Shown in pieces: positions 38,677 to 51,494 of a stretch of DNA of 64,000 nucleotides (position 1 is its first letter; each line of letters opens with the position of its first letter). The stretch is from Lama guanicoe (lineage: Eukaryota). The notes beneath the pieces are model-generated. The model made no database searches, was not told where the DNA came from, and saw nothing but the letters and a program-made list of their open reading frames with translations. The stretch covers positions 1,875,430-1,939,429 of the forward strand of contig MU055362.1 in NCBI GenBank assembly GCA_013239625.1. The letters are read 5' to 3'. The translations under genes and the position numbers were made by a program.

Positions 38677-39507
38677 TGACAATGTCAAAACTCACGTGAG
38701 CCCTGTGCTCCCAGGAGCGGTGACAGTTGAGAAATCCTCCCCTCTGTGTTCTGAAACAGGCTTAACAACAAAGAACCAGCCTTCTCCAGCATATTCCAAG
38801 ATACCACCCACCTCCACACTTCCGCTATGACTCCCTTATTTTATAAAAACCCCAATTTTTCTCCCTCTTTGTGGGGTTTGAGGGCAAGTAAGAGGGCCCA
38901 CAGGGAGCCAAAGGGGGGGTCCAGTCACAAGATACCCAACTGTGCCCTAATCCCTCATGTCATGAAGACATAAACCAGAAAACACAAAGAACATTCCTCT
39001 CCCAACGTGTAATTGCTTTAGCCCAACTAATAACCCTGAGTTATGACCTCACAAACCCCCTCCCCAACCAGCAACCCTGAGTTAGGACTTTACAAACCCC
39101 CTCCCCAAAATTCCTCATGCATACCAGACTGATTACTTCCTCCTAAAGATAAACATTTCCTTTCCCCAGGCGTAATGAACTTAAGCCCTTAGATAATTAA
39201 ACTAACGTCTGGTAACCTTCAACACAACCCCCTTCCTTAAAGCACATAGATGGTAGGGCCCTTCCTTATAAAAGACTCCAAGAATCTGCCCTCAGGGTGC
39301 CCAGACACCTCTGCCGTAGCAGAGCGTCTAATAAACTTTTCTTTCCCCTTTCTTTGTTTCTGGTAAATTCTTTTACCGCCCGTGGTACCAGCCTGCCTGG
39401 TCTCACAACACTCTTCTTAGAGATGTCCCCGCATTAATGAGTCTTCTCCCTAGTGCAGTGTCCTCAATGAAACCACCTCAATTGTCCAGAGAACTCTGTC
39501 CTTGATA
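38677..39507 (+). mobile_element. MER67-like LTR split by a younger LTR
   Basis: tgacaatgtc...tgagccctgtgctcc...gagaaatcc...tgtgttctg...aaagaacca; resumes 39416 ...aattgtccag. Confidence 0.7.
38870..39410 (+). mobile_element. Intact 541-bp solo LTR with perfect 5-bp TSD
   Basis: TG...CA; TSD CTCTT 38865-38869 / 39411-39415; TATAAAA 39267-39273; AATAAA 39330-39335; 36-bp U3 tandem repeat. Confidence 0.9.
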
Positions 39508-39961
39508 TAAGAGGGAAAAAATCTCTCTCTACCCACCATGTTTTCTCCCAACTAAAAATCACTTAGTATGTTATTAAGTTTGTATTTACCAGGCACCAGG
39601 TACAGAGCTGAAGACTGCATTCAATGAGTCCTCTCAATGGTGTATCTACATCTAATGCTGAACCATCATATTTGCAATCACTTTCCAGCCAGATGTTTGG
39701 CTGTGGTGCTGCCCATCAGAAAGCTCAGCTCTTGGCTTTCCTAAGACTGCAGCACTGCCTGGTCTTGTTAGACTAACCAAAGACAAAAGTCCTTCCGGTT
39801 AACGCCCCTCTCTGGTCTGGATGCCTGCCACCTCCTGGCCGACTTCCTCACTGCACATCACACCTGCTCAGGTTTGCTCCAAATGATGTGCTGCCGAGGC
39901 TCCCTGGTGACCGTGTGCCCCTCTGACCTCCCCCTGCCAGGCCCTGCTGATGTCTGTCCAG

Positions 39962-40289
39962 TGTGAAAGACAGAATTGCCAGAACAATTAAGGCGATGAT
40001 TTTATTCAATCCATTGTTATAAGGGAGACGTCCACTAATGAGGAACATCTCAAAGGAAAGGAAGAGGGTTGGGGTTTTCTAGAGGCACGTGGGCGAGAGA
40101 GTCAGCCCTCATTCTCATGGGAGTCACGAGGAAGGGTGGAGGCAGCTCTTCCCTTGGACTATGCTGGGATATGCAAGAGCAGGGTGGTCATCTACAGTTA
40201 CCCCTTTCTCAGGGCGCGAAAGGTATATTTTTCTGCAATCAGTGCTGCTTTTCAGGAGCCCAGGGCTTGGATAAAATTCTACGTGGTCA
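39962..40289 (-). mobile_element. Second MER67-like LTR, inverted relative to 38677
   Basis: reverse start tgaccacgtag...aagccctgggctcctg aligns with tgacaatgtc...gagccctgtgctcccag; TSD ccag/ctag. Confidence 0.65.
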
Positions 40290-40423
40290 CTAGTGTCTAA
40301 GCTGCAACCATCTTACCAGAAACCCAGCTCTGTCAAGCCCCTTGCAGGCCTCCAGGTGTCAAAACAAAATTAAGTATTTTAAAAACAAAAACTGCCAACC
40401 TTCAGACAACAGCACTTTGTTTT

Positions 40424-40935
40424 AGTTACCAAGCAAAGGGTTCATTGCACAGTGCCCATAGAAGCCAATGCTATGGCACTGGCTTTTGAGAAAAGGAAGT
40501 TTTATTGTGAGGTGGACCAGAAGGAGACAGGAGGCATGGCTCAAGTCTGTCTCTCCGATCTGGGGTTCAGTCAAACTTTGGTGAGTTAGGGAGGAAGGCT
40601 GGTCTGCAGAAGCTGTGGTAGGCGGGTTTCAACCAGAGGGCTTTGGAGCTTGGCCACCTACTGTAAGGTGTGGGAAAGGGGCTTCAGCACCAAATCTTCC
40701 TGGACAGCGGACCCTTCACTTACGAAAGTGATCCAGTGTTCAGGTTCTGGTCAAGTCTCCATCCTTTGGGAGTAGGGGGAGAAACCTGGCTCTGGGTGTT
40801 AACTGAGGTCAAAATTTTCTCCTCTGTACATGCTTTGGCTGCATGACTTGTGGTTTGTTCTGTTGTCTCTGAAAAATAACTCAGTACCTTGTTAGAAGCA
40901 GGATAGAGCCAGATTGGGCTGTTTTTGCAGTTGCA
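40424..40935 (-). mobile_element. ERV1-class solo LTR
   Basis: gttaccaagcaaaggg...agaagccaatgctatggcac...ttgagaaaagg...ttttattg is the reversed R/U5 related to the 5038 LTR; flanked by TTTT/TTTT. Confidence 0.8.
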
Positions 40936-41951
40936 TTTTCCTGGGGCAATCAGCCTTTGGCTAATTATCTGGCCACCCTGAGAATGGTTTTTCAGCAAAC
41001 TAGCTTTCGGAAACTTGGGCCTCTTCCACACAATGTTCCCTAAGATCACACAAACATTCATATTTTTGTCTCTCTTCCAAAACAAACGCCAAGGTCCTTG
41101 GGGATCCTGATCTACCTTTGCCAGCCCCAAACCCACCATTTTTACCCCAGAGACAGGGAGCCCTCAATAGATGTTAGCTGAGTTAAAGCATTCTTTGATA
41201 TAAATCTACATTCATCAAGCAGAATCATTTTCAAACAGTTTCCAGCTCTGAAAATCTCATATCCATCCATGCATTCAAACCTTACATCCTGGGGGGAGAC
41301 AACATCCAGAGGGCTATTGGTGCTCCCAGGTCTCCCCAGCTCCCCACACCTGGTCCTGAGCTGGTCCAATACACTGGGTATCAGAGCAACACTGGGGAGG
41401 CTCGCTTATATCACTTCAATGGCAGAAAGTAGAAGAAACACAAAACCCCACAACAATAGTGCAAGCAGGGGCCCCAAAACACTCAGTGGGGTGTGACTGA
41501 TCAGCAAAGCCCCCTGTGTAAAACTCAGAGTTTGGGCATCTGTGTCTCCTTAGGACAGGATGAGAACCTCCTGAGAGGTTCTAACGTTGCCCTCCAAGTA
41601 CCACATCCAGGAGAATGCTGCCCAATGTGGAAATAAACAGCTGCCTGTAGCCACAGTGGGCTAGGCAGAGAGCTCTAGCATCACATGGCCATGGAGAAGA
41701 TTCATGTACAGGGGAGACTGCAAGGAAGCCAAGCCTGCCCCAGAAAGCACCTAATGTAAGCACGCACAGCCCTTCAAGCCACCCCACGTTCATCAGGGCC
41801 CACGGGCAAACAAAGCCAAGTGCCACAAGATAGGACCACATGGGCAAGAAGCAGCTCTGAGCCAGACCCAAATTATTTTCTAAGGGTTATTGTTGCCCTA
41901 ACTCCTCAGAAAGGAGAACTAACACACCATCAGATCCCCCTGTACGACGTT

Positions 41952-42094
41952 TGAGGGACAGAACACACAAACAGGTGAGGCCAGACCACACTTGACACAA
42001 AGACTCTCACCCACGACCTCTGCAGTAACCTGCCCAGATCGGTCAGGACTGGGTCAGTAACACCAGCTTCCAAGTCAGGACCAACCAGAGAAAG
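41952..42094 (+). mobile_element. MER90/MER110-like LTR 5' fragment
   Basis: ggccagacca...gactctcacccacgacctctgcagtaacctgccc...ggtcaggact. Confidence 0.55.
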
Positions 42095-42575
42095 CTCAGG
42101 AAGTCAGATCCGGCCACCCTACAATATGCCACTTCGGCGTAACGATTATTTTGAGTTGGAGGCAAGTAAGAATCAACAGATTCAGAAAGAAGCCTTCCCA
42201 GAGCTTCCCTTGTCTGACAAAAAGCAGAAACTTTTGAGAAATTGAGGACTGCCATAAATCCCCCCGCCAAGGAAGTTTTATGGCCACGAAGACAGAAAGT
42301 TGGTGCCAATATTCAGCTGCACGTACAACCCTTCACCTTCCACTTGTTTCCCCATATATTTACCTTCCCCTTACCTTACAGTTTGATGCCCTGACAAGCC
42401 TAAAACCCTTCTCCTTTGTCTTGCTATCTCTCTACAGATTCATTCTAATCACTCATCAGTGAGCGATTAGCACTGAGTGATGCGTGACCCACGGCTGAGG
42501 CTTCTCCCACATGAGATGTGCCGCATGCACTAATAAACTTCGTTTTTCCCGTGTTTACCTGTATTTTGGTTGCAT
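42095..42575 (+). mobile_element. MER34-family LTR
   Basis: gccaccctacaatatgccacttcggcgtaacgattattttgagttggaggcaa...aataaactt. Confidence 0.75.
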
Positions 42576-43506
42576 CTATGATCATGAACTGAAGGGAATG
42601 CTGTCTTTTGGTCTGGTAGTCAGAGCTGTTCTGGGGGTTTTCAGCCTTCCATAAGGTATCAAGTCATTAGGGAACAAGTGAAAAAAGAAAAGAAAAAGGG
42701 TGGTAGGAGGGGGGCAGAACCTACTCCTGTACCGTCTTCTGGAAAAGACCTACTTTTCTAAAGGGAAATTTTTGCCAATACCAATTGTTCGGGTCCTGAT
42801 GAGGTAAGCGGTAGAGCCTTGAGTTGCAGTCACCCAAAGTTGGCACAGCGGACTGCCTTACAAAGGAACCCTTACTCAGGAGCCCCTACAAACAGTTGCT
42901 CTGAAGCAGATGGAAACAATTCCCTGTTTTCTTGTTCATAGCATAGTTTTGCTTAGCGAACTTTCTTCTCAATTAGTATAATACACAGAGAAGCTCTGGC
43001 TGGGAGCAGTTCATGACCCAGGGAGAGGCCTGTGTGCTGACAGTGGGCTGGGTGGGCCTCTGTGGCTGCTGCTCTCTCTTCTGTGTTGAGTCTCCTCTCT
43101 CTGGGACAGAGCAAAGCCCCGTCATTCATTCCCTTAACCCCAAAGAGTTGGTGTGGGTGGTGACGGTCTTCAACGTCCGATGTTCCCTCTCTTCTTAACT
43201 TGCTTTGCTTTAAATTCTAGAACGGAAGACATGAGTGGTTTTGTTCGTGCTCTTCCTCAAAGCGGGACCAAGAGGGCGCTCCTTGGAAGACGTACTTCTT
43301 TGGGAAAAGTAACTTTAAATATTACATAAGTAATGCATGCTTTGTTGTAAAATATTCTATTAATACTAAAGTTGCTAGAATTATAGAGTAAAATGTCTTA
43401 TTCCCTCACCAAATTCCACTCCTCTCCCAGCATTAAGGGACGTCAACAATTGCTGGCCAGGCTTTCAGTTTCCTGTGTATTTAGACACACGTATCCACAT
43501 GTGTAT

Positions 43507-43533
43507 ACACACACACACACACACACACACACA
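43507..43533. repeat. (AC)13 microsatellite with duplicated atccacatgtgta flanking unit
   Basis: direct reading. Confidence 0.95.
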
Positions 43534-43829
43534 TATGCATCCACATGTGTACACACACACAAATTTTGCTATTTTTCTAATGTTCTACATGATTTTTAAA
43601 AATTTATTTTGTTTTTTATTATACCTACAATTTAAAAAAATTTTTTGAAATAATTACAGCATTCACTATGCTGCCTCCCACTTTCAACTATAACCGTTAT
43701 ACTTACCAACTTGGACAGTGAATTGATACTCATCGAGTTTCCTTAGGGCAGACTTTGCAACCAAGCCATTTTAAAGGAGATACAAACAAGGCACGGTGCT
43801 TAAAGTTAGGGACAACGAAGACCGTCTCG

Positions 43830-44290
43830 TGGCCTGTGAAGGTCTCCTCCACTAGGCCCCCGCTGCCTCTCAGCTTCATCGTACACCTTCTCCCGCAGCT
43901 CCTGGGCTCCGGCTACACAGATCTGCCCTCAGGTCTTCACCACCAAGCCTTTCCTGCCTCAGTCTGAGCTCTTGTCACTGCTTCTTCCTGAAGGCTCTTC
44001 TCCCAGACCTTTGCAAGGCCAGTGTCTTGTTCAGATCACAGCCTAAACGTCCCCTCCTCAGAAGGGCCTTCTCACTTCACTTAGCCTTGTGATCTCCCCT
44101 CTCCCGCCATCTTATCTCCAAGCCCTTAGCACAACTTGTCATTATTTATTTATTTATTTATTCATTTACATCAATACTCTCCATCTTCCATCCACAAGAA
44201 CGCAAGCTCCATGAAGGCAAGGATGGGCCTCTGTCACTAACACTTAGCACAGCGTAGGACCTCAAAAATGTGCACAGTGAATGAACCTGC
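43830..44290 (+). mobile_element. L2 3' end
   Basis: ttcctgcctcag...cccctcctcagaagggccttc...aagctccatgaaggcaagga...gaatgaa. Confidence 0.8.
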
Positions 44291-44382
44291 TTTCAAGAGT
44301 TTCCTAACTAAGACGGACATAAAACTTTGGGGCTTTAATCACCCTTTATCCGTGCGTTGGAACGCATCCAGAATTGATTTCT

Positions 44383-44470
44383 TTTTTTTTAAACTGAACT
44401 ACAGTCAGTTACAATGTGTCAGTTTCTGGTGTACAGCACAATGTCCCAGTCATGCATATACATACACGTA
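44383..44470 (-). mobile_element. 88-bp camelid-type L1 3' fragment with 14-bp TSD
   Basis: TSD CAGAATTGATTTCT (44369-44382) / CAGAATTATTTTCT (44471-44484); poly(T) then acagtcagttacaatgtg...tcccagtcatgcatatacat. Confidence 0.9.
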
Positions 44471-45699
44471 CAGAATTATTTTCTAAGGAATAATTTGGCC
44501 CTGCTGACAGGCACGTGTGTGACCCATCTCTATGGGGAGTGGGGCAGCCCTCAGCTCAGGCACATGCCTTGGTCAGACTCCCAGCTTCCACAAGAGGATG
44601 CCCACTCCAGAAATCTGCCCTTGAAGGGTGACTTGGTCGATGCTATGCCATTCTTTGTCAGAGGACAGAACATCAAACTCATTGCTAGCCTACACTTAGC
44701 AACTTGAACTTGACTGCAAGAAATAATATTGAGGGAGACGGCTTGGAGAACACACTGCCCATCCTTTCCTTGAATTTTAAACACAACCTTTGAGTCAGCC
44801 AGACCCTTAGAAAGAATAAATTGAACCAATTTTGCTTCCCATAGAAAAGTTTTTACTAAGCAATACTTTTTCTCTATGCTGGTGACCTACATTGAAAGGT
44901 ACTGGGGAACGACCCTGGGAAGCTCATTATTACACATTATTACATATTCTGTATGAATGCTTTTGAATTGATTCTTTGCTACATCACACGGGGCCCCCTA
45001 TTGAAGACCCACAGGAGAAATTTCTCAGCTCTTGGTAACAAGAGTAGCTGCACTTCTCCAAACCACTGGTCTGATTTTAACCTTTTACACGCCGTGAATC
45101 TTGCTTATTCCTCAGCTTTGGAGGCCAAGAGGCTCAGCCACACACTTGGGATCATACCAGCGGCGCTTCATGTGCTAACCTTACCTTGGGCTGCATCAGA
45201 TCTCTCATATCCTTATTCTCCTTTGATTTTAATTTCTTTACTCATCTTTTTTTAATCTTGTTAACCTAAATGTATTATTATAGAGGGTCTAATATCTTCT
45301 CTGAAATAAGTCAGGGAATCTACATAAATAAAGTTAAGGTTTTGGCAGTCTGCTACCAGCTGCACAAAAACAGTCATATGAGGGCACATTTGGGCGGCCT
45401 GACTTAAAACACAAAGCTCGCAGCTTTCATGGGGTTTGGTTATGGGGTTCCTAGAGGCACCCACAGGACTACTGAGACTCAACCCTAGTAAGAGGTCCAT
45501 GGGATGATCTGCTGTAAAAGATGTTCCACGATCAGCAACACAGAAAACACACAGTGGCTTCCAGCACGAGGACCAAGTCAAACTCATTAGGTTGGGTGCT
45601 GTAAGTTTTGTAAAAGGGCTGCTTTGTACCCGGGCAACTGCTTTCAGCATGCCCCAGGTGAGTTTCATGCATCCTCCCTACAATGCCCCCTCCCTCCCC

Positions 45700-46640
45700 T
45701 CACTGTTCTCCAGAACGTTTCTGCTCACATCCATTATCAGCACACCCCCAAATCCCTCCGCCTCTTCTCAGAACACTTCCTTCTTGTTCCTCTGGGAATC
45801 AGAGGGCCTCTAATCACACCCCTTCCCTGAAGCCACGGCCACCATCTAAGGAAGTTGAGGGGGTACCACTCAGACAGGTGACGATGCTGAACAGTGATGG
45901 AGACCGCCCTGGCTGCAGCCTTCTCAAGTGGAGGCCGTCTGCACCTCACGTCCCACGATGCCTGGGGGCGCTGAAGCCCTTGGGAATAGAGCCTCCACTG
46001 TCAGGCTTTCCATTCCTCACAGCTTTCACCGACCAGCCTCTACGTCACTCCTTCCCACTTGCTGATGTCTTGGGTGTTTGCCTCACTCCCTTTCTCCCCC
46101 TTCTACTGTGACAATTGTTCTCAGTGATCTCAGTGTCCACCTGGTTGACCCACCCCACACTCTGACCACCCAGTTTCTTTCTTTTAATCTTAGTTTCAAT
46201 CATCTTTTCCTATATTACCTTGTAATCTCACAACTAGAATCATCACCAATAATGATGCCCCTCCAAAATCTCAATGCCAAACATCCAACTCTTGGACCAC
46301 CCCCTTATCCTTCCCTCGCCTTCTCTGTTGCTCCCTCTATACAGAGACCTCATACAGTCCATTGAGAGGACCATTTTTTTTTTACTATCCAGGACCCTCA
46401 TCCCAGCCTCACTTCCTTGCCCAGTCTGGACTGCACAGTCCAACAGCAGAAACACTTTCTAGCACATACTCTCAACTGCCTGTTGCTCTCTCCTTCCATT
46501 GTACTCACCTAGCGAAGCCCCAACCCCATTGAACCCAAGTGTGCTAGGATGACTGGACTCACTTCAAATTTTTAAGACCATAAATATCAGATGTGCACTC
46601 AACACTGACAGGGACTCATCTACACCTCCCCTGTGCTCTG
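45700..46640 (+). mobile_element. L2 internal fragment (APE endonuclease region)
   Basis: IVLSDLSVHLVD (~46114-46149) resembles the L2 endonuclease IILGDFNIHVD motif; C/T-rich L2 composition. Confidence 0.65.
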
Positions 46641-46929
46641 TGCTCTGCCACCCTCTGGGATTATGTAAACTAATAAGCACCATTTCCCAGGCTGCCCGGG
46701 CAGTGGCTGGCCACCATTGGGGTCCAATTACATTAGTCACTCAGATTTTGCAGGCTAGTGTGGGACCGCAGACCTTTCTGCATTTCTGGGGCTCCTAGGG
46801 CATATCATGTGTGCTCCTGTACAGTCCTCACAGTACCATCTCTTTCATCCTCCTCTCACTGATATCTGCTACCCAAAAAGCCCCTTAAGGTGATGCCTCC
46901 CTATGGCTGGCCACCGATAGGATGCCCTT

Positions 46930-47420
46930 CGGGATAAGGCTGTAGAGGAAACGTGCATCTTGTCTGCTCAGGGCCCCTCCCTGGTTCCCTTCGTGCTGGT
47001 AGGGCTTCAACCACAGTAGCCACAGCCACAAGCCTGGGCACTTGCCCTGGACTCAGCCAACCAGAGATCCCATTCCTCAGCAACAATGACTGGTCCAAGT
47101 ATGGGCGCTGCCCTGACCTGGCCACTCACAGTTCTCTTTCACAAATAACAGCAGAGAAAAGGTTCATTTCCACTGAGTTTGTTACCCTGGAAGGATGTTA
47201 ATCTGAGCACTGGCAGCATGTTTCCTTAAAGGTGGAGAAAGCCTTTCTTCAGGAAGCCAATCCTCAGAGAGATGGAGAGCCCAAGCGCTGTCATTTGAAC
47301 CTCCTCATCCATCCAGACCTGATGATGTGTCCTATACTGGACAGGTAGAGGCACCAGGTGGTCCCCCTTTTGTGCTGGAGCCACTTCAATGTGAGTCTCT
47401 TCCAGCTGTAACCAAATCCA
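46930..47420 (+). mobile_element. Old ERVL-type LTR (LTR16/LTR33-like)
   Basis: agccaaccagagatcccattcc...aatgactggtccaag...tctcttccagctgtaaccaaa. Confidence 0.45.
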
Positions 47421-49637
47421 AATAATGGAATCAGTTGTCATTGCCAAGCGTGCCATCACCTGGTGCTCTCAGCCCTGTGTCCCTCGAGGAGCCAAATCTG
47501 CGTAAAGGTCCTTGAGGTCTTCGTCGCACCCACGCCACACTATTCCATGCAGGAGAGAGGAGAGTGTGCCCCACACTGAAGTGCAACCTGCACCCCAGGA
47601 CCACATCAGTTCCTACAGCTTCTGCCAGCAGCCACTCTCACTACGGGGCCGAGACTAAGCTCTTGAGTCTGAACTGGAGTCGCATCTGCAAGGTGTGAGC
47701 CTTGCTAACCTCCTAAATCCAGGCTCTTCCTGGCTCCAATGCAAAAATCTCTCCTTCCTCCTCTTCCAATCCATAGCCCTCTGCCTACCCATTGTCACAC
47801 AAGCTCGGACATGTCTGAACACCAGGAACAGCTCAGTCTGCAAACACCCACCCACCCACCCACACACACACACGCTAATGCACATACTTCTAAATTTGAA
47901 GTAATGAGAAAGAACCAAGGGAAAGGATTGTAGAATGTTTTGATTGGAAGGGTCAAGAAGAGGGAGACCCATACAAAGAAAATGAAGAGAAGAACAGATA
48001 TAATAACTTGAATGACTTTTACAAGACTTAGAAAGAACAAAAAGTTCTTCTCAAAGGCCAGTAAAAAAAAAAAAAAAAGTTTCCAGCCTCTATTTAAAAA
48101 CATAGCCAAAGTGAAATTTCATTTGGCTGAATTCATCATCTAATTGGTTTCTGCCTAGAACTATTTTTGAGGGATTGCCCCTCCTCCCTACCCATAGGCT
48201 TGCAGTGGAAACAGTCATGTTTGTGCAGAATGACCTCCCTCCCATCCCCGACCACAGACCAAAGGCCTCTACCCTGGGAATTTGTGAGGAAGACCAAGAG
48301 AGCAGCTCAGCCTTTCTAGAGCGGGCGTGGGGGAGTTACAAACTTCAGGAGCTACTGGCAGCAACTTTCTAGATCCCTCATTCCTATCTCTAGTCTACGC
48401 TGAGACCCAGTCATGCCCCGTTCCTGGTTTCTGCCATAGACCCAATACCCTTCCAAAGAATTCTGTTTGCTGGAACTAGTTCAAGTGATTTTTGTCACTT
48501 GTAGCCAAAAGAGTATTAATTAGAAGACGTCTAAGGAACCAAAGATGATTGTTAGAGGACCATGAAAGGAAAAGAGCGAAGGATCCTAAATAAATGAATA
48601 AATAAACAAACAGACGAATCAATCAATCAATCAAACATGTGTCTAGAAGGAAGCAGAAGTGTCGGAGGACCATGGGAACAGAATTCTCCCCAAAAGCTAA
48701 TAATATCAAGATGACAGAAAGGAGCAATTACCGTGAGAAAGGAAATCAACACTGACAAGCCTTGGGAGCAGGCAGCGGGGGGCCAATATTTTAAACTGAG
48801 GTTTGGGAAGAAATCAATAACTTCCTTATAGTAACTGACCTGCTTTCTGGAAAGCAAGCCGTCAAATGAATGACCTTGTGTCTACACACCAGCTGTGGGT
48901 CACGTGAATCTAATCAATGGCACTGTCCCAGGGGTGGCATCCCTTACTTCGAGCACAAAAGCTGGTTCCCAAATCTCTCAGCTAATAACACGACTCCCAG
49001 GAGCCCATGACATGGCAGATGGGAAGATGTTTTGCAAAGTTGCCATCACTCCTCCAGTGCAAAGGAGAGAAATCACCACTTAGTTTTCATCACTCAATTT
49101 TCTTACTGAACAGGTGGAAGGACAAAGAGAGAAAGAGGGAAACAGGAAAGAGAAGCAATTGTCCAAAATTGAAGCAAAAAATTAAGAGTTCCCTGAAATC
49201 TGACCCCCTCGTTCCCATATGTAAAGTTTTTCTATGACTTCCTGTCACCTACATATGGATGGAGTCCAAGACTTGAACGTGTGGTCCCTGCCGCTTTGCC
49301 CACTTCCTCTGTCCCCACCCAGCCTTCCCCTCTGTGCCTCAGCAACACCAAATGCTCAGGTGCTCCAGCTCACCACGAGGGTTCCCCCGTCTGTTCCCAG
49401 TGGTCAGCCTCTGGCTCATCTCCCTACTTGGTAATGCAGATTTGCATCAAATTCCTCTGACAATCAATTTCATCTCTTAAGATGTCTCTTCTAACTAATA
49501 CTCTTCTGGTCGCAATTAACAAAAATTACTTGAGCTCCCTTCAGCAGACAGACAGTTCACTTGAAAGATACTGTCTCTCCAGCCCCACCTGGCTCATTTA
49601 CCTTCTTCATTCCTTCAACCCAACAGTTCATGGGTAC

Positions 49638-50080
49638 TGTTGGGGCCCAGGATAGGCTTCCCCAAAATGTGCCTCAATGGCATGTTGATTATTTTGAATT
49701 AAAGTGACTTATGAAACGGCCAATGCGAGAGGGACTCTCTGACCCTCCTTTCTGTCTCCCTGAAAGCCGGAAACAAATCTCTTACGTGAAAGGTGCACTC
49801 TGGCGTCTGGCGGTAGAAGGACACCCTCATCACCAGCGACGGGGAACTCAGGCTGAGGAGCCTGTGTAAAGGGACATTATTACGTCTTCTAATTCACCAG
49901 CTCAGGCCCAAATTCTGTTTAGGCTGCTCTGGCCACTTCTTAGGTCCTATTTCTATAAGACCTCTACACACACACAATATAATGTTTCTTTTTCTCCTCT
50001 TAATCTGTCTCGTGTCAATTTTATTATTAGTCCAGCCACAAGAATTCAAGAGAGATTAGGGGAACTTCCTCCTCCCCAAT
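49638..50080 (+). mobile_element. MER34-family LTR
   Basis: tgttggggcccagg...ccccaaaatgtgcc...gattattttgaattaaag...ttaatctgtctcgtgtcaatttt...ttcctcctcccca. Confidence 0.75.
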
Positions 50081-50689
50081 GGGACCCTGCCCCAGGTAGC
50101 CTTCAGGGCCCTGCTGGGTTACATGCCACCTCTGTGTTCCCAGTGTGTTCTGCACAAAGTCAGACCACGAGCCCCTTGAGGACAGGGATTCTGCTCCCAG
50201 TGTCAGTACTTTGGACGGCTGCTCTTGGGAATTCAATGAACATCCGTTGGACACATACACGAATTATCAAAAAGGTAAATTCTTGCTGGTGACCTATGTA
50301 GTGGACATTAATCATTGTCAACCATATATATTTTTTTAAATTCCTGAGCAGTTGTTCTTGCCCATGGAATCCAATTTCTCAGCAGTCAATTTGTCACTTT
50401 CACACACATTCATCCTGCTTAGAGTCTCTGGGAACCTCTCCTCCAGCACAGCAGACTTTCCATTTAAATTTGGGATTGCTCCACTTATCAATTATATGTA
50501 TGTGTGTGTATATATATATATATACATATATATCAATGGACTGTAAGACTACTCTTATTATTGTGGAGTTGATGTTATCTGGTGACATGAACAATTATAA
50601 ACCATCTCATATGTTTCAGATGGATGTTTTTCTCAAAGAACTGAAGTTGAGTGACATGCTTGGCATTTATTTAAATAACAAAAGTGTGT

Positions 50690-50890
50690 ACCTTTTACTG
50701 CACCCTTACTTACGTAGGTAGGACTGGGCTAAACATTTTCCGGTATGATCTCACTTAATCCGCACAATAACCCATAGGAATTACTGCCACTTTATAGATG
50801 AGGAGACGTTAGGTAACTTGCTCAAGATGATGTTGATGGTAAGCGGTGGAGCCCAGAACCAAGGACATCAGATTCACAGTCACGCACAGC
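50690..50890 (-). mobile_element. MIR SINE
   Basis: atctcacttaatccgcacaataaccc...ctttatagatgagga...ggtaacttgctcaag. Confidence 0.75.
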
Positions 50891-51459
50891 CCCTATCAGT
50901 GGGTACCTAAGAGAAAGAGGGACTGAGACTGGGTGTGAGGAGGACCCAAAAGGATGGTGAGAAAATTGACTAAAAACAAATGACTGCATTTTAATCATGT
51001 TCCCATGTACCTTTTTCATTGCTCTAAGAATATTCGTTTCTTCCATTATTCTCTTGTTACCTGTCATAAAACTGGAGACTGGAACCTGAGGCTAGGAGTG
51101 ATTGGAAAAGCATTATTCCTCACTTCTCCACTGGAATTTGACATAAGACCATATATCTAAGACCACATTAGGGATCTCTTGAAAGCAATAACTTTGCAAA
51201 CTAGATTACCAGCAGCAGAGCAAACCACCTTGGGGTTCACAAAGTCTGCATTCTCCGAGACTAGAATGCAAACAATAAACCACCAGACTTAGGAAGATAA
51301 AGAAGGCTCCTTGGGGGCTCCCTCTGGAGCAGCTGACAGAGGAATTGTTCTATGCAACCCTACCTGGGCTTCCTAAGGACACATCCCTAAAAATTACAGC
51401 GATGCTCTAACAAACAGCCAGTGAAGATTGCCTTCAGATTAAGTGACAGAGATTGGTTA

Positions 51460-51494
51460 GAAAAGAAAAGAAAAGAAAAGAAAAGAAAAGAAAA
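51460..51494. repeat. (GAAAA)7 microsatellite
   Basis: direct reading. Confidence 0.95.

Noticed and set aside
40720-41139. ORF containing IVWKRP, reminiscent of the calpain WKRP motif
   Set aside because: No flanking calpain residues or splice context, and half of the ORF lies inside an LTR.
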